Below, piece by piece: positions 26,701-39,242 of a stretch of DNA of 64,000 nucleotides. The stretch lies in NCBI GenBank assembly GCA_040437565.1, contig JBDOQK010000038.1:62001-126000 (forward strand), in the 5' to 3' direction. A program made the translations under genes and the position numbers. The stretch comes from Albugo candida (lineage: Eukaryota). The number at the start of each line of letters is the position of its first letter. The stretch's first letter is position 1. Below the pieces are notes generated by a model. It saw nothing but the letters and a program-made list of their open reading frames with translations. It was not told the DNA's origin and ran no database searches.

Positions 26701-27775
26701 ACGCTGGAAAGAAGATCAAAGCAATTGTGACTGGTCAATGGTCATAATCTTATGCTCTCATGAGATCCGGAATGATAGGAATTTGGCGTAGCGACTTGCT
26801 AGCTTAGTCTCCATTTGGATGCCTTATAGCCCCCATGGATTTCGTGTGATATAGCATGCTATCTCTTGAACCAAAAGTGTGCAAGCTCCCATCCATGGAC
26901 GTTCCGCGAATTAAACACACGCTATACCCTTGAAAGGAGAAACTTTTGACTCGCATCGACACATAATATGCAACCCAATGAGCAGATGACGCAGTTACCA
27001 TCTGAGTCATCGATTGTACATCCCTCCGATATTTAGTATCCCTGTAGGAGTACCATACATACAGGGTCGATGACTACCTGCATTTAACTTAGTGCGTCTG
27101 AATGGATTACTAGTCCTCAAGTCAAGTCTTCAAAGATGAGCTAAATTAGGGAGATGCAGGCGTATCTCAACTATCATGACTGTGGATGATAAGAGACGGA
27201 GGTTCTTTTTCAATGCATTGCGTGGGCTGAAATACAGAACGAGTGGTGCCCAGCCTCTGATTCCTTAGATCATAAAATCCACCATTGTGCTATTAAGGCT
27301 GATCTGATGTATACAGATAGTTTCCTGACAAAACGGCATTCATGTCTTGTAATAGAATTTGCGCTCTGTTGCATAAGGCAGCTGCGAGCGGTTGTGACAG
27401 AGTCGAAAAGAATAGCTTGAATTCAGTCATGTGTTGTGGTGATAAACACCTGATATGTGTTGCATATGTCGAGCAAGTTGCCGCTTCATGTTCTGTTGAA
27501 TGGCTCTATGAAGCTATGTTACGGAGGAACTAAGTTTTTGATTCAAAAATGCGCGTGCTTGTAAAGCATCGTATGTGGACAACAAGACACCTTGCTGCTT
27601 CGAAATTTTTCAGTAAGACAGAATTGCTGCCTAAAAAAGGGTGCGGTGGATGTGTACTGACACCAAAATAAAGAAATGGAATCGAGCAATATTTCAGGCA
27701 AATGAATTGATTTGGTTAGTAATCTCTATCATTTCACTTTGCTGGTATTTTCATCTCACTCGCTAAGCAGTCACA

Positions 27776-28381
27776 TCACTGATGTCCTTGCGATTTTTCG
27801 CACATTCCAGATGTACCGTCGGGCTCAATACTAATTATATTAACTTCCTCATACACTTCACATGTGCCATCACTGTACTCGTTATAAAATTTGCCCCCCG
27901 CAGTGCACTTCTTACATTCGCTTCCACTTGCTTTAACTTTTGAGATCGGATCTGAGGATGAACTTTTCAATCTCATGCCCACTATTTGCTTGTTATCTTC
28001 AACGCATGCTTTTTTCACACATTGCTTATAGCCGCAACAGTCTGTGGTTTGTTCACATGCTGTAGTAGAGCATTGATCATATGATGGGGTGAAAAGGGTG
28101 GTGCTAATGCCTTGTGCACTCTTCATGGTGAAATTGCTATATTGAAGTAATAATTGGCAAGGGCGAGCGTTACGACTTCCTTCGAGCACTGTATATGCAT
28201 TGGCACCAAACGCATTCGAAGCAATGGCGCTGTCGCAACCATCTAGGGCCAATTCACTCAAGTAAATTATGAATTTGTAGCTCCCATCGACTGGTCGCAT
28301 GTTTTTCATGACTTCAATTCGAGCTGATACGTTCCATAGTAGCATGTGGAGAATGATCAGTTGCAAGAATGAGCTCTTCAT
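27776..28381 (-). CDS. Putative secreted cysteine-rich protein, 201 aa (B), degenerate tandem PAN/apple-like
   Basis: Start reassigned to ATG 28381 (MKSSFLQLIILHMLLWNVSA, signal-peptide-like) because the Inr+FPR lies just upstream. Has 12 Cys and motifs CD...FGANAYT, CCGYKQC, CKKC and GTSGMC. Confidence 0.88.
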   Translation of the reverse strand: MKSSFLQLIILHMLLWNVSARIEVMKNMRPVDGSYKFIIYLSELALDGCDSAIASNAFGANAYTVLEGSRNARPCQLLLQYSNFTMKSAQGISTTLFTPSYDQCSTTACEQTTDCCGYKQCVKKACVEDNKQIVGMRLKSSSSDPISKVKASGSECKKCTAGGKFYNEYSDGTCEVYEEVNIISIEPDGTSGMCEKSQGHQ

Positions 28382-28404
28382 TGTAGTTGTCGTTGGTTTC
28401 GAGA

Positions 28405-28421
28405 GAAAATTGAAGAATGAG
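28405..28421 (-). promoter_or_regulatory. Oomycete Inr+FPR core promoter of gene B
   Basis: Minus strand CTCATTCTTCAATTTTC matches the Inr (YCAYTYY) plus FPR (MWTTTNC) consensus known from Phytophthora, ~25-40 nt before the ATG. Confidence 0.75.
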
Positions 28422-30189
28422 ATAACGTTCTTTGAGCATAGTCCGTGGCTGGCGAAGAACACAGGCTTTGGAGAAATTCAGCTCTTAGTATAGAGCATTG
28501 AGTTTGTGGCTCACAAAGTGTGAAATGTAAAGATAAGTGGGTACACACCCAAATGGCAGGGAACATGCGCACCCAATTATTGCTGGAGAATAGTTTGATC
28601 AAGTGATTCTGTTCAAATGCTCTGTAAAAGTCGTCCGTTTAGTATATGTAATTACAGCCATTGAATGATGGTAAAATGCAAAGAAAGGCTTGGGTTCAAG
28701 ATATGCGGATCTTTGATCTTTTATAGGGTTTGCGGACGTAAAAAAACTGGGTTGAGAATGGGTACGCATTTGTATCGTACACAATACTGCTTTCCGCCCG
28801 AAAGTATAAGGGAATAGGATGTGCTCTTTGCCTTTCCTTGAGTTCAGAAGTGCTGAAACACATTTGTATAACATCACGTATATGCATAGAGTGTTTTGAT
28901 GACTTACACCTTGCTCCCTTTTTTCTTTTATCATAAAAGAAAGAAAAAGATGTAAGAAGTGAAATGTTGTAGGCTTTTCGTGTTTGTAGAATGGAGGGGA
29001 TGACATCTTCGATCGCATGCCATGTATCAGGTACCGGAAGGACCATAAGTACGTTATGAAAACGCAATTGAAGTAGGAGAAAGAGAAACCTCTACTTATG
29101 TAATATCGTCAGCATCTTATAAGTAAAATGTGAATACAATTTAATATGAAGTACGATCCCATATGTCTTCCCGGTCAAAAGTGTGGGTCCGAGAAGTATG
29201 CTGAAGGCGGAATAATAAAAATGCGTGTCAAGTTTAGTTGAGAAGTATTGTGTCGTTCTATGAAGTTTGTACTTAATGTTATTAAGTGTATACTCGTAAG
29301 TAATACATTCAATGAGCTATTTGAATCATGGACACGTTGATTGGTCAAATTACGGAAAGCAAACCCTAAATGATTGGTTGAAAACAGGTATCCTGATGGA
29401 GCACTGCTACAGTATCATAACTGTCTGATCAGATGCGTTACTCCACAATATCGACACGAAAAGAGTGGCCCATTCCACATGAATTGCCAAAATATACGTT
29501 TCAAGTATCAACGCATCGTTTCCTTCACAACCCCTGACTTGTACACTGCTTTCGTTATTGGTGGAAATACGATTTTCCATTCAATAAACTTATTTTTCCA
29601 CCAATAAGCTTCCTCCAGAACACCGATGATGGCCAGGAAAACCACACTATTTGAAATTGACATTGTACTTGGTACTCTAAAAAGATAGAAAGCCAAAAAG
29701 CGTGATGATATATTGCCTTTATAATCACAGTCTTACAATTTTGAGAATGCCATTTCCCTCAATATGCAAAAAAATGGAACTCTTTCGCTTGTTACTTTTT
29801 GTATCAGCAGTGTACTTAACGTTGTCATTGCGAGGTTTATGGAGTGGTCGCTACTGTCTGTAAATCATTTCGTATAAAAAGAGCATGAAAATAAGTCACT
29901 CTTTCCCGCTCCGAACTTTCACGAGCCTCCATACCTTGCTTTCTGTCTGCTTTTGGTACGTTGAATTGAAGAAAAAGTATCAATGCATTGGTCATTGACT
30001 CCCAGGTGGGTGCTGTTTAAGATTTGAATGATAGAGCTATCATGAGGACGTGCGGCTTTAATCACTATCTGGATCTGGCTCACTGAGAGCTTCTTTTTCG
30101 TTAGGTTCTTGCATCCTGAGAAGCATTGGGGTTCTTTGTTCGATTCCAAGGAGTTATATCAAATATGGCTATCTAAGCTCTTCTTTTGG

Positions 30190-32990
30190 GTGCTTGGGGG
30201 TATCTCCCTCCCTGGGCCATGCCCAAACGTCTAATTCTGACTGCTCCTTAGTTCAGTATTTCAAGACTCTCCAACTCGGCACTCTGAACGTTCGTCGATT
30301 GACCTCAAACATCAAGCGGAGAGCTCTAACGCAAGATCGTGCCCGGTACATACCTGAAGTATGCGCTCTGCAGGAGACAATGCTGACGGAAGCTCATGTC
30401 AAAGGACGAAGGCCAATTGATCGCGTCATACTCCTTCCTGCGCGGTGACCTCATTACGGCTCGAGATTTATACTATCCGACAGAGCCGCTAGTTATGTGT
30501 ATCGGTACTGGATGTTCAGCGACCGTGTCGCCGTCATAGACCTAGAAATTTAATCGCAATCAAGCTTACATGTACATGGGACGGTTAAATGAATAGTCTG
30601 GGCCTTTTTCGACACGAAGGGAAGACTTTCCTGGGATTCTACTCTTGCGGATACAGAAATGAAAATGGCATTCGTCTCCGATATTTCTGTTTGGACACCG
30701 ACTTCATCATGTCACATACAGCTTTTTATAAGACATGCGCGCGCAATATAGCAACCTTGCAAGGCATTCTCGGACGGGTTCCGACATTTACTCAGATGGA
30801 CTACATCGTGCTATCACAACACTTAAAGCCGCTTCTTTCCATTTCAAAGTCTTTGAGCGGGACGCGTGTTGAAAGTTATGATCGGCCCACGGACACATAT
30901 ATTCAGCTACTGATGATCATCTCCTGTCGGCATCTTTCGGCAATTTCATTTGACACCGCCCTCCTCCGTGATCCGCATATACTATATTTATGCCAGCAAT
31001 CCATCAGAACAACACCAATCGCATCAGCCCCTGCTCAAGAGCTTGATTTGCCGTCGGTACTGAATCACATCAAAAGCATCGCGAATGCCATCATCCGACC
31101 CAAGCTTCCTACTGCACAAGGCCCCGAACGCAACGATGATATAGCCGAGCTTTCTCACGCGCAAAACCGTCTTCGGTCGCTGCTTACCAGCAGTAATGAT
31201 CCTGTCGACATACTGCTTTATCGATCTCGCCTACAAGCCTTGCTGTGAACCATCCGACATACGTGCATAGAGGATTACAGACTTCATGTCGTCCAGCTCA
31301 CCTAATCATCCGACGGCTCACGCCACGAAAGTGGTCAACAATACTTATACATGACCACGATGGTGTGTCATTGGCTACTCCAGGGGAACTGCCAATGCAT
31401 CGAAAAATTTATATCAGCTCATTTTTATAAGCCTCAACTCAGCGAATCTCTGTTCGAAGATACAGCATGACGTCAACTATCTCAGTCTTTGAAAAAGAAC
31501 CGCTCACCACGTGCAGATCACGTTCCAGCTGAAATTCTGTGAATATAGTCCCCCGGTGGGTGACGATCACCTCGCCGAAGCTATTATTCGTCACCCCGTC
31601 CATGCGAGAGAAAAAGCCTTACCATGATCTATCTCAACTGTTACGAAGCCTAACAAACCGACGGGAATCTGTGCCAACCTTCGACAGATCCCTTAACAAC
31701 ACTCGCAAGATCATGTCCACGGTTATTGTACATCGCATGCGTGCAAAAGTGAATAAGTCGCTCTCACCTTACCAAGATGTATTTCGAGTCGCCTGCAATG
31801 CAGCTAATTCGTTCTTTCGGACATCGGGTGGATATGTCTCCAACGCGTCGCTTTCAGACAAATATGTACATTCTGGGAATTGACGTCAGCAACGCTTTTG
31901 ACACCATAGATCGACATAAATTGCTGCTCGTCCTCAACTCGATTTGACCTGGCCAAAGGCCAGATAATATAGCGCTCCTCAGCAACATAGCCTCCATCTC
32001 CACGTCGGCATGAACACTGATCAACATTCGCAATTTATGGTACACTCAAAAATGAGATGCACTCTCTCCACTTTTGTGCATAGTCTACTTGGAAGAGGTA
32101 CTATGAGATCCGTGCCACCACCTCCGTATTTCAATGCGCGAGCTAAACATCATTATGTCCCAATGATGTGAATTTCATTCACAATGGTCATACGCTTCTC
32201 AAAGAAACAAAATCTTGTTGCCGAGTAAGTTCTTAGGGCATGCTATTTGATCATCGATGTGAGCAAAACTGTGGAACGACTATTAAACGTGCACCAAACG
32301 CGACCGACGAATGTTGGTGCACTCATCGCAAACTGAGATTACTACTTGGCGACTCTAAAAAAGAACACATCGAGAATCTCGCACGACAGCAGCCATCAAG
32401 AGGTTTCGGAAGATTTTCTCCATCTTCACCTCCTTCCAAAAAACATTACGCGTTTGCTTATACAATATATATGTGCTACCTATTCTGTTATACAAGTGTG
32501 GAACATGGTGTAGTACAGACCGCGATATTACTAGTCTTGAAGCGCATCATCGCTGTCAACTTCGCTGCGTCCTCCGTATCCACTATCTCCGGCACATCCG
32601 CAACGCAGATTTGTACAAGTGCTGCCACAAAAAACCAGTCCGAATCCACCTGACGTGGTATCGATGGAAACACTGTAGTCGTGTCACAGCCTCTTCCAGC
32701 TCAGTTGAACATTCCCCGATCCTTTGATTCTGCTGGAACATGCCGGAGTTGTACACCCGTCTGCCTCAACCATTCTCGACAAGGACCTAAGACCGGAGAT
32801 AACTTCTAATCTGCATCTCTTATCGCAAAAGACAGCGCTAGATGGAAAGTACGCACAGAACGTCTCTGCAATGGCCAGGAAAAAAATTAACAGGAATAAA
32901 GAAACAGATAGACGTAAAGCGAAAACGAGAGTGGGATCATAAAGGCTTGATGCAACCCCGAAAACGCTTATAATAATAATAATAATATGC
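30190..32990 (+). mobile_element. Decayed RTE-like non-LTR retrotransposon
   Basis: Endonuclease motifs LGTLNVRRL, CALQET, RNENGIRL and QMDYIVL. RT motif GIDVSNAFDTIDR. C-terminal LPILLYKCGTW...CQLRCVLRI. (TAA)n tail at ~32969-32987. Confidence 0.85.
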
Positions 32991-33621
32991 AAGCTCTGTG
33001 TCGCCCACTCATTTGTACTTCATCTCTTTATTATCGGTTCTCACGATTCAATAGCATAGATGAATGATTGATAACGCCATTCTTCAGCATTAAGCGACGT
33101 GAGAGAGGACAAGAACCATGCAAGAAAATGGCTAAGGATCACAAATGTTATGCTCAAGTGGCATTACCGGTTTTCAATCAAGGTTGATGGCTTGAGCGTT
33201 TTAGGACGATTTGTTTCGTTGATGTTCATAAACCAGTCTGAAGCTGGCGCACTTTGGATAGTATCAGATGCAATCATTCGTTGTACGCTGCACGCAAGTC
33301 GGAGCGAATAGGTCGGGAGCGTGTTGGAGTATTGTGGACATTAAAGTGGATATTCGGTATACAGCCACCTAACAGACTCAGTTGTTTCTCGTGATTTCAT
33401 TCAGTACACTCATTATACTCATTATGCGGTCAACGAGAGATATTGACATCTTACAATTGATTTAGGTAGATTGGAAAAGCCGCTTCAGGTAAAGATCCAA
33501 TGTCGAAGAACACTGAGGAAGAGAAAGTTGAATGTGGTGACTTAACAGGAAAGAAACAATGAAAGAGAGGAAACTGTGCTGGCAACAATCCGAATTACAG
33601 AATTACCATGCATCACTCATA

Positions 33622-34287
33622 TCACGCATGATGACATTTCCCTGATACGCTGCCTCTGACTTCGGTGCCCTTTTCGACTTTTATCATGCGAGCACATTCT
33701 TGTGTGTCAGGACTGTATCTGAAATACGAATATTTCTGGCCATCGGATCCGACTCCAGCTGTGCTACAGATCCGACAATCTTCTTTAGTCTTCACGTCAC
33801 TTGTTATAGAGCTGTGTTCAATTTTGAAAGTAGAAAGTTCTATATCGAGAAGATAATCGCGATCATATTTGCACACATATTTTTTCTGATCTGTACTAGA
33901 TGTACATTGCCCATTGCCACAACATCCTGCGACAGAGCAAGATTTCTCAGTATTGGATTGAGGATCACTGCAGCGAATCATATCAGAATAGACCAAATCA
34001 GTTCCAAGATAAGGTTCTATAATAGCATGATAGAACGTATTGAAGATTCTACAAGTTATCGCGTTTGCATCATCCTTCCCAGTAGTACCGTTTATAGTGT
34101 ACGCATTTGCATGAAAAACATCTGAGTTGACGATTCTATCGCAAGTCGATAAATTGTCAGCTACAAGATACGTCACCGTTGCGTGAGGAGGGATCTCGAT
34201 ATTTTCGTCAGAAAGTCGTTTTAATAGAGCCGATGCATTATGCACAAGAGCAAGAACGAGGATGGATTGGACTGATTGTCTGACCAT
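33622..34287 (-). CDS. Putative secreted cysteine-rich protein, 221 aa (C1), degenerate tandem PAN/apple-like
   Basis: Intact ORF with signal-peptide-like MVRQSVQSILVLALVHNASA and 12 Cys collinear with B and C2. Motifs CD...FHANAYT, GCCGNGQC and GSVSGKC. Confidence 0.9.
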   Translation of the reverse strand: MVRQSVQSILVLALVHNASALLKRLSDENIEIPPHATVTYLVADNLSTCDRIVNSDVFHANAYTINGTTGKDDANAITCRIFNTFYHAIIEPYLGTDLVYSDMIRCSDPQSNTEKSCSVAGCCGNGQCTSSTDQKKYVCKYDRDYLLDIELSTFKIEHSSITSDVKTKEDCRICSTAGVGSDGQKYSYFRYSPDTQECARMIKVEKGTEVRGSVSGKCHHA

Positions 34288-34310
34288 TGTGATTGTTGTT
34301 GCTTTTGAAG

Positions 34311-34327
34311 GAAAATTGGAGAATGAG
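34311..34327 (-). promoter_or_regulatory. Oomycete Inr+FPR core promoter of C1
   Basis: Minus strand CTCATTCTCCAATTTTC, identical to the element upstream of C2. Confidence 0.75.
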
Positions 34328-37300
34328 AGAGTTCTTCGTGAGAATAGTGGGAAAAATGGGTGAACAAAGAGGCGGTTTACGTCTAAAAGTTGTGGTATGG
34401 AGAACTAACTTTGTGGATTTCAAATGAAATTGAAACTAGTACAAATTTTCCCGTAATCACGAAGATAGGGCGCCATTTGCCCGACTTTTACTCATACATA
34501 GTTTATTCAAGTGGTAATGATAACATGCTCTATTCGGATCAGAATTCATCGTATAGGAGCCCTTAAGAAAGGGCAAGATGCGTAGCTGGGTTCTTTTATA
34601 GGGCTGAAGTACCCACGTGGTTGGTACTTTTTTCAATCGCAAACAATATGGCTTTTCGTGCGAAAGTACTGGGAAACAGATGCGTTATGTGTCTCTTTTT
34701 GGGGTGAGAATTCCTGTTGGATAGTGAATAGGTATTACATATATACACATAGCTTTTGACTGATTTTCACTTTCCACCCTGTTTTCGTTCCTCACACAAG
34801 AAGAGAGGTTAAAGGGCCGACAAATGTGCAACGCAAATGCCTTTTATATTTGTGGCGAGTAGGGAGTCACATTCTCCAACTAGCATCCATGTATCCAGTA
34901 CTAAAACAAAATAAAAGTAAGCGTTGAAAGCGTAAGATTTGTTGTACGATATTCATGTAGATGAAGGCTCTGTCTTATGAGTATGACATAATTATGATTT
35001 AGTTTACATTTTTATCTATCTGCTCCACACAACGTGAAAGAGAAAAAGTGCGTGCTAAATCTGTAAGAAAGAGCAGTGATGTTTTACCTTTTGTTAAGTT
35101 TGTACTTAACGCTACTAAGTTCATAAGGACGCTAACACGTTTACTTGCCTCCTTGTGATCCTTGCCTCGCTTACCCGGAAGAAAAGTACGTTTTATTGGT
35201 TCAAAGAACAACTCGCGTTAGAAAGCATATAAGGTATACAGTGGCCTGGAATTGTTGATGTGTGCGAATTGACAGGATTAGTTAAAATGTTCGAATTACA
35301 ACGAATATATCACACGAAAGAGTGACTCGTATTATAAAATCGAACTTTTGCAGTGACCACAACATCAGTTCCAAATATCAACGCATCATTTCCTATCTAA
35401 TTCGTCATATGTACACTGCTTTCGCTGCTCATGTGAATACGACTTTCCATTGGATAAGCCGACTCAACTTTAATCTCGGCTTTTGACCGATCCTTACTCT
35501 CCAATACTTTGGGAAAGCTACACTCGTGAAATGAGATCTGTGATACGAAGCAGCCAAACGTATTACTTATATGCATTACTATCACAGTCTGATACTAATG
35601 AGCATACCACTTGCACTTACAATGCGAGGAATTGAAAAGGTGTTGCTTCTTCCATTCGATTTCAGCGGTGTGCAACCGTATCATGTTNNNNNNNNNNNNN
35701 NNNNNNNNNNNNNNNNNNNNNNNNNNNNNNNNNNNNNNNNNNNNNNNNNNNNNNNNNNNNNNNNNNNNNNNNNNNNNNNNNNNNNNNACAAGAAGAGAGG
35801 TTAAAGGGCCGACAAATGTGCAACGCAAATGCCTTTTATATTTGTGGCGAGTAGGGAGTCACATTCTCCAACTAGCATCCATGTATCCAGTACTAAAACA
35901 AAATAAAAGTAAGCGTTGAAAGCGTAAGATTTGTTGTACGATATTCATGTAGATGAAGGCTCTGTCTTATGAGTATGACATAATTATGATTTAGTTTACA
36001 TTTTTATCTATCTGCTCCACACAACGTGAAAGAGAAAAAGTGCGTGCTAAATCTGTAAGAAAGAGCAGTGATGTTTTACCTTTTGTTAAGTTTGTACTTA
36101 ACGCTACTAAGTTCATAAGGACGCTAACACGTTTACTTGCCTCCTTGTGATCCTTGCCTCGCTTACCCGGAAGAAAAGTACGTTTTATTGGTTCAAAGAA
36201 CAACTCGCGTTAGAAAGCATATAAGGTATACAGTGGCCTGGAATTGTTGATGTGTGCGAATTGACAGGATTAGTTAAAATGTTCGAATTACAACGAATAT
36301 ATCACACGAAAGAGTGACTCGTATTATAAAATCGAACTTTTGCAGTGACCACAACATCAGTTCCAAATATCAACGCATCATTTCCTATCTAATTCGTCAT
36401 ATGTACACTGCTTTCGCTGCTCATGTGAATACGACTTTCCATTGGATAAGCCGACTCAACTTTAATCTCGGCTTTTGACCGATCCTTACTCTCCAATACT
36501 TTGGGAAAGCTACACTCGTGAAATGAGATCTGTGATACGAAGCAGCCAAACGTATTACTTATATGCATTACTATCACAGTCTGATACTAATGAGCATACC
36601 ACTTGCACTTACAATGCGAGGAATTGAAAAGGTGTTGCTTCTTCCATTCGATTTCAGCGGTGTGCAACCGTATCATGTTAGCTATATATTGTTATAAATA
36701 TATGACACAGGCGATAAAACTGACCTGCGGTACTAGATCGTTCAAGCAGCAATCAAAGCTCGTCGCCAGACGGATCTAATACCGATACTTTCGGTGTGGG
36801 CATAGGCCGAATCGTACACGAGTCGAAAAATTCTCAACTCGCTATCACGGAATCTAACAATTTAATCGATATGTTGCTTCACTAATTACACCACCAGCGT
36901 CTACACTGTCAAATTTGTATTTATACAGCAAAACTCAGTTCGACTCTCCACTCCGTTGACATCAAGGCAGTCTATCCTAAGACAGAATTCTACATGTCCC
37001 GAGAAGGTTTTGCTTGCGTCATTGAAAAACCCTTCATTATATGAGTCCGTAATGTTCATAGCATGGAAAACGAGAGCGAGAAAGCCTCTTACATGACAGA
37101 ATATTTCAAAACTTGAATATACGGCAGTGAACATATCCACATACATCTCAGACCTTACCGACATCACAATAGTAGGAAAACAACTCTCAACAATACGTCT
37201 CACCTTAATCGCGTCGTATGAAAAATACTATCTAAACTTCAGCGAAAGGTTTTTTTAGATTCGGGCCACCAAGTAAACACTGATCCTACTGTCATTCATT

Positions 37301-39242
37301 ATTCGATAGCCTAGGCTGAAGAAACCAGTGTATCAAGTTATAGTATGGTACACACCTTCAACTACATATGCTTCCTGCAAAAACTTCATCATGACACATA
37401 GAATGTCTCGATCGGATAATTTGATAATCAAAAGATCCGATATGGGATGGACGCGATGTCGGAAATACCGCACGGAATGGGAAGTTGCTTCGCTGAAGGG
37501 AGGGAAAAGTAGAAGTGAGTATAACTTCATGACGTTTAGTTTCTCTTTCTACGGCCTTTAGTAATTACGAAACACCGCGTCGGGACAGTCCCAGCGAGAG
37601 TTATACGAAACTACTATTTAGATCCTTGGATGTTTTCACCAAAACGTCCGGCAGATGGAGTCGTTACTTTGCAAAATTCCTTCCTCACGATGCCGTGTGT
37701 TTGTTATCTAAATTTATGTCCTGATCCTTGCTAGTTTCGCGTATCAGCGAGCATAGTCCCCTTAATTCTTGAAGTCCAACAGCGCTTAATGCCTTTGTAA
37801 GGAGGTCAGCTGCCATTTCTTTAGTGTGCACATCACAGGGCTCTACGATGCCTCGTTTAGCACAATCTTTGATAAACATAAATTGAATGCCGATGTGTTT
37901 CGCTCGCGTCGAATTTTCTTCGTTTTACATCTAGCGGATAGCTGCTTGATTCTATGTCTCCTTCTTCATAGGTAATTCCAGGTTTATTCCCAGCTCAACA
38001 ATTAGGTCGCGCAATCCGAGGATCTGTTGACCGGCATGTGAAGTCGACGTGAATTCTGCTTCTGTAATCGATGGCGATACTGATGCTTACTTGCGGCACG
38101 TCCAGCCCACTATCATGTCACTCACGTAAAAAATCGCTCCGCTTACCGAGTTGCGGCTAATTTTATCACCTGCAAAGTCAGCATTGCTTGCGCTTGAAAG
38201 TTGCACAGTAGAGTTTTGATGAACCTGTTTATGTAAGCTGAAACTTGACGTTTTTAAGTCCTTTCAAATACCTGGTGATTCTTTTTCTCGATTGCCAGTC
38301 GCTCACCGTAGAAGATTGGTCTCGACGTGTTGCTCGGTGCAGCGCATAAGCAATGTCCGGTCGTGTGCATCGAGTCAACNNNNNNNNNNNNNNNNNNNNN
38401 NNNNNNNNNNNNNNNNNNNNNNNNNNNNNNNNNNNNNNNNNNNNNNNNNNNNNNNNNNNNNNNNNNNNNNNNNNNNNNNATAAATATATGACACAGGCGA
38501 TAAAACTGACCTGCGGTACTAGATCGTTCAAGCAGCAATCAAAGCTCGTCGCCAGACGGATCTAATACCGATACTTTCGGTGTGGGCATAGGCCGAATCG
38601 TACACGAGTCGAAAAATTCTCAACTCGCTATCACGGAATCTAACAATTTAATCGATATGTTGCTTCACTAATTACACCACCAGCGTCTACACTGTCAAAT
38701 TTGTATTTATACAGCAAAACTCAGTTCGACTCTCCACTCCGTTGACATCAAGGCAGTCTATCCTAAGACAGAATTCTACATGTCCCGAGAAGGTTTTGCT
38801 TGCGTCATTGAAAAACCCTTCATTATATGAGTCCGTAATGTTCATAGCATGGAAAACGAGAGCGAGAAAGCCTCTTACATGACAGAATATTTCAAAACTT
38901 GAATATACGGCAGTGAACATATCCACATACATCTCAGACCTTACCGACATCACAATAGTAGGAAAACAACTCTCAACAATACGTCTCACCTTAATCGCGT
39001 CGTATGAAAAATACTATCTAAACTTCAGCGAAAGGTTTTTTTAGATTCGGGCCACCAAGTAAACACTGATCCTACTGTCATTCATTATTCGATAGCCTAG
39101 GCTGAAGAAACCAGTGTATCAAGTTATAGTATGGTACACACCTTCAACTACATATGCTTCCTGCAAAAACTTCATCATGACACATAGAATGTCTCGATCG
39201 GATAATTTGATAATCAAAAGATCCGATATGGGATGGACGCGA

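Noticed and set aside
28382-28462. Longer N-termini in the ORF track for B (28462) and C2 (58160)
   Set aside because: They run through the Inr+FPR element and would bury the signal peptide. The downstream ATGs align with the paralogues.
33622-34287. Assignment to Albugo CCG/CHxC effectors (CRICSTAGVG fits CxxCxxxxxG; literal CCG tripeptide)
   Set aside because: The CCG-effector motif lies shortly after the signal peptide. Here the match is C-terminal and is not kept in C2 or B, and the literal CCG tripeptide is not that motif.
34796-36679. Exact 892-bp direct repeat
   Set aside because: Flanks the 35688-35787 gap, and the paralogous unit Y has a single copy.
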